Assembly: GCF_006345805.1 (NCBI RefSeq)
Contig: NW_021825337.1
Span: 1 to 16,123, forward strand
DNA length: 16,123 bases
From: Octopus sinensis
Taxonomy: Eukaryota
Reading direction: 5' to 3'
In this document: positions 1-8,206 of the stretch, in pieces
Numbering within the stretch: the first letter of the stretch is position 1
How the letters are laid out: each line of letters starts with the position of its first letter
The notes under the pieces: generated by a model
Told to the model about the DNA's origin: nothing
Databases searched by the model: none
Seen by the model: only the letters and a program-made list of their open reading frames with translations
Made by a program: the position numbers and the translations under genes

Positions 1-727
1 GAGTAGACGTGGTCTGACAGAGACAGACAGGGCCAGTTGGAGACTGGCAAGTGATGTAGTGGGAGACGTAAAATGGAGAAAATGTGGCTGGTAAATATTG
101 TTTTTTGTATGTTTTAAACTCTGATGCTTAAATGTTAAAAAAAAAGACAAAACTTTGTGTTGTTAAATGTTTCAAGAAAGAGAAGAAGAACTCTGAGGTG
201 TTAAATGTTGAGAAAAACTCTGATGTTTACTGTTGAAAAGAAAAGAGAAAAAAAGAACTTGTAAATATTTAAAAAAAAAAGAAAGAGTAAGACTTTGTGA
301 CATTAACTGTTTGAAAGAAAAGAAAAAAAGAAGAGTTGTTGACTGTTTTTAAAAGAAGAGAAGAGAGAAAAGAAAAGAAAGAAAAGAACTTTTGAGACAA
401 ACTCTGTGTTAGAAGAAAAAGAATTGTGTTAAGAAAAGGGGAAAGAACCTGTGTTGTTAAATGTTAAATGTGTTTTTTTTAAATAACTAAGAAAAAAAAA
501 ACTTTCTAAGCTGTTAAATGTTTTGTTAAACAAAAAAATTTTTTAAATTTGCTTTCATTGCGCAACACCTGTGTGTGTTATTCTTTTTGTTGTTGTTGTT
601 GGCTCCTGGCTGCGTTTGCTGCCTTCCATCTTTCTGGAACGGATTTCTGATTTACTGAGCGCGGTCGCACACGGGCTGTTTGTGTGAGGGCCCGTGGTGG
701 CATCGTAGGCCTGCGTGCAGCGTAACA
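1..727 (+). repeat. 5' LTR (partial, begins outside window) of Gypsy element 1
   Basis: 1-669 aligns with 3485-4033 plus 5111-5338 (a hand-aligned 74-nt block gave 9 mismatches, all transitions). Ends in CGTAACA (721-727) immediately before the PBS. Confidence 0.85.
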
Positions 728-729
728 AT

Positions 730-747
730 TGGTGTCAGAAGTGGGAT
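730..747 (+). promoter_or_regulatory. Primer-binding site complementary to the 3' end of tRNA-Leu
   Basis: TGGTGTCAGAAGTGGGAT is the reverse complement of ATCCCACTTCTGACACCA, the 3' 18 nt of metazoan tRNA-Leu(CAA) as I recall it. It lies 2 nt after the LTR-terminal CA. Confidence 0.85.
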
Positions 748-778
748 CCTAATTGCTGTAGTGAATCAGTTGTCCGCT

Positions 779-1411
779 ATGGCTTTGGAGAGAGCACGTA
801 CAAAGAGCCAGACTGGGAAGGAAGAGATATCCCTGGCTGCAATAGTGGAGATGTTGAGGGAGCAGAAAATGCAGCAAATGCAACTTCAGGATCGGCTAGA
901 AACGTATATGGGAAAACTGGAGAAAAGGCAACAGTGCTTATGGAAAAATCACCAAGAGTTTAAGGATGCAGATGGGTCAGCTTTTAAGGATGAGTGCTGG
1001 ACATGTGGTAAAAATGGACGCATGAGCAACGACTGCCCAACAAGAGAGAAGGAAAATAAAGAAAGTGAACCTGAAGTAGTTGCTGAACCTGAAGTGGTTG
1101 CTGGACGTGAAGTGGTTGCTGGACGTGAAGTGGTTGCTGGACGTGAAGTGGTTGCTGGACGTGAAGTGGTTGCTGGACGTGAAGTGGTTGCTGGACCTGT
1201 AGTGGTTGCTGAACCTGAGGTAGTTGCTGTTACCGTTCCATATCTTAATGCTTCAAAATCTGGGCCCTTGTCTCCTGGGATTCAGGATAGCTGTATACTG
1301 CCCATTAGGAAGAAGCCACAGGCGTTGATGGTTTGTCAGCCGGACTTGCGTTCCAGGAAAGACCAGTCCCTGTTAAGGTCATGTAGAGGACCAAGCCTGG
1401 TAACGAGGTGA
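779..1411 (+). pseudogene. gag: Gag remnant of Gypsy element 1 (coiled-coil-like N-terminus, degenerate zinc knuckle, 18-bp repeat expansion)
   Basis: ATG at 779 just after the PBS. CWTCGKNGRMSNDC at 995-1036 is a CX2CX4HX4C knuckle with H replaced by R (CGC). No recognisable capsid domain. Confidence 0.7.
1067..1228 (+). repeat. 18-bp in-frame tandem repeat, 9 copies
   Basis: Units encode EPEVVA x2, GREVVA x5, GPVVVA, EPEVVA; core GGACGTGAAGTGGTTGCT. Confidence 0.95.
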
Positions 1412-3060
1412 GAGCGCTATGGAAGATAGTAGTACCACCAAGATCAGGAAAACTGCTCCAGTGTTGTGTGAGCGATCCGTTTGATGGCTGCTTGGGGCTG
1501 GTGGAGCCCGACAGGCAGTGCACGGTGAAAGCTGGAGTGACGGTCAGACGAACCCTGGTAGAGGCAGGAGTTGACGAAGTGCTGGTTGTGTCTGCCAATT
1601 TCTCGAAAGTGGCACGAGAGACTTGTAAAGGACAAATCGTGGGATTGTGCCAGGAAGTGGACCAGTGGCAGGTTCAGTTGCATCACTGCAGGAGGGTAGT
1701 TGAAGGTGGTGGTCTGCCTGTGCATTTACAGGATCTATTCACACAGAGTCACCAGTGCTTAGATGGCATTCAGGTGTTACAGTTGAAGCAACTGCTAGCA
1801 AGGTGTGCAGGACATCTAGACATTAGTGGCACGGACCTAGTGGAGTATCATATCGACCCAGGCGGCCATCGCTCGATGAAGCAGCCAGCTTGGAGGATGG
1901 CACCAGTTTAGCAACGGGAAATGGAAGCAGTGGTGGAGGGATATCGACGACAGGGAGTAGTGAAAAAGTCGAGCAGTCCCAGGTCATCAGCAATTGTTTT
2001 CCTGCAGAATGGAGATGGTACAGTGAGATGCTATGTGGGTTATAGAGTGCTAAGTAAAGTGACAGTGAAGGACTGGCCGGTTCCTACTGGTGTAAAAGAA
2101 TTGGGAAGTCTCTTAGGACTGTGCACCCATTACAGGCGCTTTATAGAAAATTTTGCGACGCTAGCTGCACCGTTGCACAAACTACAGGGGAAGAGCCAGA
2201 AGTTTGAGTGGACTGCCATGACACAGTGTGCTTTTGATGGACTTAAACAGGCGCTAGTGAGTCCTCCCGTGTTGCCGTACGTGGACCTAAGCAAGCCCTT
2301 CGTACTGGACTGACGCCAGTAGCCATGGTATTGGAGGAGTACTGTCTCAGAGGAGGGGCAACAAGGAATATGTGGTGGCATATTACAGTAAAAAGCTTAG
2401 TCCACCCGAGTGAAACTACTGTGTAACCTGTAAGGAGCTTTTAGCGGTGATGAAGAGTGTTGACTATTTCCATCCGTACCTGTATGGTTCCCACTTTACT
2501 ATCAGAATGGACCATGCGGCACTCAAGTGGCTGAAGACACTACAGAACCCGGAGGGACAATTAGCACGCTGGCTAGGGAAACTGGACCAACACAACTATG
2601 AGGTACAGCACCGTCCGGGGCGGGTGCATGGTAATGCTGACAGTTTGAGTTGTCATCCTTGTGGGCCGGACAGTGGGCATTGTGCAGGAAGAGAAGAGCA
2701 CAGGACAAAGAGCAAATGTACTACGGTGACTGGATAAGTGTCAACTGGAGAATTACAAAGGAGACAGATGTAAGATGCCGACTTAAGGCCAGTGGCTGCA
2801 GCGGGAAGCAACGAGACCATCTTGGGAGGAGGTATCCAGATCCAGCCCTGAAACGAAGAGCTACTGGAGCCAGTGGGACCTTCTTCGTTTGAACGATGGG
2901 CAGCTTGAGAAGCGCTGGGAGACACCCGATGGCCTTAATAAGTATTGACAGTTGGTGAGTCACTTGTCCGAGGAGGCAGGAGGTCTTCTCTGAAAATTGT
3001 ACACGCGAACCGTCTGTGGAAGTACCATGGGTCTGGCCAGTTCAGCTGGAGCCCACCTTC
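1360..3060 (+). pseudogene. pol: Pol remnant of Gypsy element 1 (RT N-terminus and thumb/connection, RNase H, integrase flanks; stops, frameshifts, internal deletions)
   Basis: RT N-terminus GTDLVEYHIDPGGHRSMKQPAWR...SSSPRSSAIVFL...GYRVLSKVT. Thumb WPVPTGVKELGSLLGLCTHYRRFIENFATLAAPLHKL. RNase H DASSHGIGGVLSQ...ELLAV...DHAALKWL...LARW...GNADSLS. YWSQWDLLRL and KIVHANRLWKY (2993-3025) are integrase-flanking motifs. Confidence 0.9.
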
Positions 3061-3135
3061 AGAAGTTGGGCCCACCTGTTGAGAAAGTTGTCAGGAGTTA
3101 CGAAGTTGTGTGCTTTTGTTGGGACGACAAAAGTC

Positions 3136-3146
3136 AAGGGAAGGGG
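3136..3146 (+). promoter_or_regulatory. Polypurine tract of Gypsy element 1
   Basis: AAGGGAAGGGG then TAG, then TGATACG (3150-3156), a 6/7 inverted match to the 5' LTR end CGTAACA. Confidence 0.7.
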
Positions 3147-4033
3147 TAGTGATACGAACACAAAAAAAATGGAGACTAACAAAATAACATTATGCCCCTT
3201 GTCCCAGTTGGTATTGAAATGGCGTTCCAGTTGTTCAGGTCAGTGGTATTTCCTTTGTCTTGTCGAGGAGCATAGTTATTGATGGCCGTAGGCACTTGAC
3301 CTCTGGCCCTGTACGGTCACAGAGAGTTTTAAAAAAATAAAGTGTTGGGGAGGGAAATACGCACTGTTGATGTATGGTATGTCTCACTTTCTGGCTAACG
3401 GCCTAATATATACGGATAGCGCTAAGTTGCAAGGGCAGTCAGCAGAGGACTGGACAAGGGGGCAGCCAGAGATGACAGGACAAAGAGTAGACATGGTCTA
3501 ACAGTGATAGACAGGTGCAGTTGGAAATGACGTGACAAGGAGGCAGTCAGTCAGAGAGGGACTGGACAACTGAACGACCAGGCAAGTGACATAGTTGGAA
3601 TTCTGCGCTTCACCGAATAGAGATGTAAAATGAAGAAAATATGGCTGGTAAATGTCGTTTTTTTGTATGTTTTAAACTTTGATGTTCAAATATTGAAAAA
3701 AAAGGAAAACTGTGTTGTTAAATGTTTCAAGAAAGAAAAGAACTCTGAGGTGTTAAATGTTAAAAAAACTCTGCCATTTACCGTTGAAAAGAAAAGAGAA
3801 AAAAAGAACTTGTAAATGTTTAAAAAAAAGAAAGAGTAAGACTATTTGAAAAGAAAAGAAGCAAAAAAGAAATGAGTTGTTGACTGTTTTTAAAAGAAGG
3901 GAAGAGAGAAAAGAAAAGAATGAAGAGAAAAGAAGAACTTTTGAGAAACGAACTCTCTGTGTTAGAAGAAAAAGAATTGTGTTAAAAATGGGGAAAGAAC
4001 TTGTGTTGTTAAATGTTAAATATTTTGTATTAA

Positions 4034-5110
4034 CCCTTTCGTTACCAAAGCCGCCCCCAAAAAATTTTGGTTAATGTGACCAAACCGCCCAAACCCGCCC
4101 GTATTTACCTATTCATATTTAAATGAGAATATCAGAGCAAATCTCTTTAGTACATTCGTGAAAACACGTATTATACCTCGTAAACAGTTCAACTACAGTT
4201 TTGTACAACAATCGAAGTGTAATTTTAATTCCGTGAATTTTGGGAGATTTTTTCCCGAAATTTGTTCCTATTGTGTTTTCAAAATTTGTAATTCTGACAA
4301 AAAATGGATACGAATTTCATAATATCAAGCAGTGAGTCAGAATTCGAAGGATTTTCTACTGAAGACCTTCATAAATCTAACTCTATGACTGAAAAAAAAA
4401 AGCACGTGGTATTTGATAATGAATCTGATGTTTCATTTTCCGAAAGTGAAAACAGTGAATCCGAGAGCTCCGACAGCGATAAAGAAAATGAATTGGCACC
4501 TGAATGGAGTGAAAATTTAAAAACTGTTTCTTTTGGTGATTTTTCTGAAGAAACTGAACTAAGCCACAGACTTTCCTAGGAGAGTAAAGCCTTAGACTAT
4601 TTCTTTTTACTTTTTCGAATGAGCCTATTTGAAATCATTACGGCGGAAATGAACCGTTACGCTAAATGTAAACAAAGCGAAAGAAAGGATAGTTAGTGGT
4701 TTCCCACAACCTTAAACGAAATTAAGACTATTTTGCCATAAATATTATTATGGGTAACAGAAAGTTACCCAGAATAACAAATTCTATCGTAAAATTTTGT
4801 TGTATACCCAATTGAATATTAGCTAATAACCCATTTTCTATAGCGATGTTTGAACAAAATTTTAATAATTTTATATTTTGTTGAATTTAACTGTATCTAA
4901 CTGCAATTAGAGTCACTTTGTGACAAAATTTATAGTATAGAATTGGTTGAGAACATTTCATTAAATTATCTTCCAAAAATCAAATTAATATATTGATAAA
5001 TAAAAAAGTTATAGTTGTTTAATGAAACTAGACTAAATTTATGATTATGTTAGAAATTAATTGAAACACATAAGGGGTGTATTTTGGTTAGAAATATAGT
5101 AACGAAAGGG
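4034..5110 (+). mobile_element. Non-autonomous piggyBac derivative, 1077 bp
   Basis: TTAA duplication at 4030-4033 and 5111-5114. Perfect 12-bp TIRs CCCTTTCGTTAC (4034-4045) and GTAACGAAAGGG (5099-5110). Contains a transposase N-terminal remnant. Confidence 0.95.
4304..4785 (+). pseudogene. piggyBac transposase N-terminal fragment
   Basis: Acidic Ser/Glu/Asp-rich ORF 4304-4579, then past the stop ALDYFFLLF...IITAEMNRYA...WFPTTLNEIK and, after a frameshift, YFAINIIMGNRKLPRI. These match the start of the piggyBac DDE_Tnp_1_7 region. The catalytic DDD part is absent. Confidence 0.85.
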
Positions 5111-5338
5111 TTAAGGGAACTAAGGGGAAAAAAAGAAAATTTTCCCAAAGCTGTTAAGTGTTCGGTTAACCATTGTTGTTGAATGTTTTGTTAAACAAAA
5201 AAAAAAAGATTGCTTTAACTACCCAACACATGTGTGTGTTATTCTTTTTTTGTTGTTGCTGTTGGCTCCTGGCTGCGTTTGCTGCTCCCCCCACTACTGC
5301 AGTGGATTTCTGATTTACTGAGCGCTGATGCCGTCGCA

Positions 5339-5436
5339 TATATATATATATGTGTGTGTATATATATATATATATATAAATGGCGGTGTCCCAGCATGGC
5401 CACAGCTCATGAGCTGAAACTAGAATCAATCAATCA

Positions 5437-5478
<42 letters not shown>

Positions 5479-5578
5479 TATATATATGTATATATATATA
5501 TACACACACACACACATATATATATGTATATATATATATACACACACACATATATATATGTATATATATATATATATA
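5339..5578. repeat. (TA)n/(CA)n/(TG)n microsatellite tracts
   Basis: Direct reading: 5339-5378 and 5441-5578. Confidence 0.95.
5382..5440 (+). mobile_element. Isolated SINE/LINE-type 3' tail with (ATCA)n end
   Basis: 27 of 39 nt identical and colinear with the reverse complement of 16061-16099; stem-loop CAGCT-CATG-AGCTG followed by AAAC and a short tandem-repeat tail. Confidence 0.6.
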
Positions 5579-5765
5579 TCTATAAGTGGAGATTCCAAAA
5601 AGCTAACGAATATAGCGCTGATGACGGAATTCAAACTCCCCTGTTTGTGATCCAGAAACACCGTGTTCGCTATTAACGGTAAGTGACTGAATTCGTATAT
5701 TTGCCACTCCGGTTTTGTGTATGTGAGCCGCAAGGGCCTTCATTTTTGGAATCTCCACTTATAGA
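5579..5765. mobile_element. 187-bp element bounded by a perfect 23-bp inverted repeat (MITE-like or Penelope-like fold-back)
   Basis: TCTATAAGTGGAGATTCCAAAAA (5579-5601) and TTTTTGGAATCTCCACTTATAGA (5743-5765). No unambiguous target-site duplication. Confidence 0.65.
5612..5673 (+). ncRNA. Putative type I hammerhead ribozyme
   Basis: Stem I ATAGCG (5612-5617) with CGCTAT (5668-5673). Core CTGATGA (5618-5624). Stem II GGA/TCC, 3x3 internal loop, CAAAC/GTTTG. GAAA (5655-5658). Stem III ACAC-C-GTGT. GUU triplet, predicted cut 5667/5668. Confidence 0.65.
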
Positions 5766-5975
5766 AATGGAAAAAACGGTCTTTGACTGCCATTTCTAAT
5801 TCCTTCGGTATGAGGCGAAACAGCTTCCTGCTAGCCAACTTAGTTTTCTTTACTATATACTGAACCTTACAAAGGTCTTGACAATTATTTTGTCGTATTT
5901 ACATACCGAAATTTACCGGTAAATAATTGTTGGTTACATGAAAAACCACAGGAAAATTATTTACCATTTTTATTG

Positions 5976-5981
5976 TATATA

Positions 5982-6017
<36 letters not shown>

Positions 6018-6052
6018 ATATATATATATACACACACATATATATATATATA
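5976..6052. repeat. (TA)n/(CA)n microsatellite
   Basis: Direct reading. Confidence 0.95.
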
Positions 6053-6440
6053 CTAGCAGTATCGCCCGGCGTTGCTCGTGTTTGTAAGGGAAATAACTAT
6101 ATAAGCATTTTTAGAGAGTTACTTCCCTTATATAATAGCAAAAAATGCATTAAAAATGGAAAAATCATGGTAAATTTTTTTAAAATCATAGACACTTTTC
6201 TAGAGAGTTACTTCCCTTATATAATAGCAAAAAAATGCATTAAAAATGGGAAAAAATGATGGTAAATTTTTTTTTAAATCATAGACTCATCATAGACGCG
6301 CGCTAATACCCAGAAGGGCTCGGTATGAATCACGACTATAAGATACCTGCTTTTGGTTAAACTGCACCGCAAATTGTGGGAGTAGTTAGGAATCTAAATC
6401 GTAGGAGACAGACACCACATAACTTCAGTCTTATATATAT
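6053..6440 (-). mobile_element. Non-autonomous Helitron-like element
   Basis: On the minus strand it ends ...GAGCAACGCCGGGCGATACTG-CTAG followed by T (CTAG at 6053-6056), i.e. a GC-rich imperfect hairpin then CTRR. No TIR or TSD. The 5' TC end is obscured by the (TA)n tract. Internal duplication 6112-6193 / 6201-6286. Confidence 0.6.
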
Positions 6441-6442
6441 AT

Positions 6443-6479
<37 letters not shown>

Positions 6480-6627
6480 CACACACACATATGTATATAT
6501 ATATATACATACATATATGTATGTATGTATGTAATGTATGTATGTATGTATGTATGTGTATGTATGTATGTATGTATGTATATATATATATAATATATAT
6601 TATATATATATATATATATACGAAGCT

Positions 6628-6667
<40 letters not shown>

Positions 6668-6682
6668 TATATATATACATAT

Positions 6683-6889
6683 AAAGTTAATCCAAACAAG
6701 AAAGCACAAAAAAACACAACAACGCGAGGACGTGGAACAAATATAGTATTATTGGACGCTCAGGAAAGAAGGAAAGAAAGAGGGTTTAACGTTTCGAGCG
6801 GAGCTCTTCGTCGGAAACATAGGAGAAGGAAAGATCCAGAGAAGGGAAGACAGAGGAAAAAAAATCGCCAACGGTACACACGAGGTCAT
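6683..6889 (-). mobile_element. Penelope-like element terminal (pseudo-LTR) fragment
   Basis: Non-coding island inside (TA)n, pyrimidine-rich on the minus strand, containing a minimal hammerhead fold. Such folds are an established hallmark of Penelope-like pseudo-LTRs. Family assignment is inference. Confidence 0.5.
6784..6818 (-). ncRNA. Minimal hammerhead ribozyme variant (U4C)
   Basis: Minus strand GTTT-CCGACGA-A-GAGC-TCC-GCTC-GAA-ACGT-T-AAAC: 4-bp stem I, 4-bp stem II, palindromic ACGU stem III, GUU triplet. The core has CCGACGA instead of CUGANGA. Confidence 0.55.
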
Positions 6890-6894
6890 ATTTT

Positions 6895-6929
<35 letters not shown>

Positions 6930-7101
6930 ATACATATATACACACATATATATATACAAATATACACACACATATATATATATATACATATATACACGCA
7001 CATATATGTATATACATATATACACACACATATATGTATATACATATATACACACACATATATACATATACACACACACACATATGCATATACACACACA
7101 C

Positions 7102-7132
<31 letters not shown>

Positions 7133-7196
7133 CATACACATATATATACATATACATAAATACATACATATATACATACATATATATACATATATA

Positions 7197-7872
7197 TGAT
7201 GATGATGATGACTGCCCCCTCGTTATCGAGTATGGCCATTGCAAGAAGCTTAACTGTTATTGGTGCTGTGATCGAATGTGACTGTTATTTGGTTTTTAAG
7301 GCTTCAGCCAGCCATTCAGTTGAGACTCACAGCACCATCAACGATCATGAACAATGTTGTTATCGTGCAATACCTGTGCAAGAAGATTTTTTTTAAAGTG
7401 AGGAAAGGCTGTGCACTGAGTCAATCCCACTCACTAAGCAACAGCAGCCATAATCCAAAAAGAAGAACAAGTCAACATCATCGGTAACCACCGAGCCGCA
7501 GGTTTTATGTCGGAGTTATTCCAGTTACCTGAGTTACCTTCTCCTAGAAGGATGCCCTAACAAAGGCTAGGAGTCCTTCACTCCCAATGGTTTAACCGCG
7601 CGATCGAGTATTTAGTCCGATTATTTCTATGTCCCCGCGCATGATACAGCCTTAAGCCTTAAGAAGAAAAAAAATTACACATTTATTGGATGGCCATTGA
7701 CTCTCAAGAGTTCCTCTGCCCTTTGATGGGTTTTGTTTTTCATCCCGCAGGGTGTCTAATAAACACCCGCCTCACCAAGCAAGCTTGGTGGGGTTGCTGG
7801 TTTAGTCGCCGACGGCCAGACCATGCAACAGGTTGTACTCGGTTACATGTCACCAGTAGCACTCGAAAGTGA
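7197..7872 (-). mobile_element. Probable non-autonomous RTE-related retroelement
   Basis: Minus-strand (ATC)n tail at 7197-7212, no meaningful ORF, several hairpins, and the motif CTAGGAGAAGGTAACTC resembling RTE 5' UTR sequence as I recall it. Unity of the two halves is inferred. Confidence 0.45.
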
Positions 7873-7900
7873 CCTGGCATAATAGATACATAATAGATCC

Positions 7901-7955
7901 ATATACATATATATATATATATATATATAATATATATATATATATATACATACAT
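7901..7955. repeat. (TA)n microsatellite
   Basis: Direct reading. Confidence 0.95.
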
Positions 7956-8101
7956 GGGAGCCAGTCAGGCAATGACCATACTTGAAAGTACATGGTACAA
8001 TTACTACCTTCATCCATAGCAAGATGATGCAGCTAGTTTATCCTACCCCCCTCTGATTTTTCATTCAACTGAAGAAAACGACATTATTTATGGGATGGCA
8101 C

Positions 8102-8155
8102 AATATATATCTATACATACCTACACACACACACACACACACACACGCATATATT

Positions 8156-8187
<32 letters not shown>

Positions 8188-8206
8188 CATACACACATAT
8201 ATATAT
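8102..8206. repeat. (CA)n/(TA)n microsatellite
   Basis: Direct reading. Confidence 0.9.

Larger units (their letters stand above)
3150..5338 (+). repeat. 3' LTR of Gypsy element 1, interrupted by piggyBac (LTR parts 3150-4033 and 5111-5338)
   Basis: Starts TG after the PPT. Homology to the 5' LTR resumes directly after the insertion and ends at GTCGCA (5333-5338); the last ~58 nt seen in the 5' LTR are absent. Confidence 0.8.
6432..7197. repeat. Compound (TA)n/(TATG)n/(TACA)n microsatellite, interrupted at 6683-6889
   Basis: Direct reading. Confidence 0.95.

Noticed and set aside
680-778. Upstream extension of the gag ORF from a TTG start
   Set aside because: It overlaps the LTR end and PBS; the ATG at 779 is the plausible start.
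959-992. 10-bp direct repeat TTTAAGGATG (959-968, 983-992) near the inferred gag deletion
   Set aside because: Cannot be linked to the breakpoint without the intact consensus; may be chance or a small duplication.
1067-1228. Regular repeats as a CRISPR-like array
   Set aside because: Head-to-tail units without unique spacers, in frame within gag, in eukaryotic context.
2954-2960. Splice-donor-like GGTGAGT at the integrase junction, suggesting deletions by splicing
   Set aside because: A used donor would have been removed from the product, and it may be created by the junction itself.
3630-4074. Lys-rich ORFs 3630-3815 and 3877-4074
   Set aside because: A-rich LTR sequence; no domain signature, and the 5' LTR copy carries indels relative to it.
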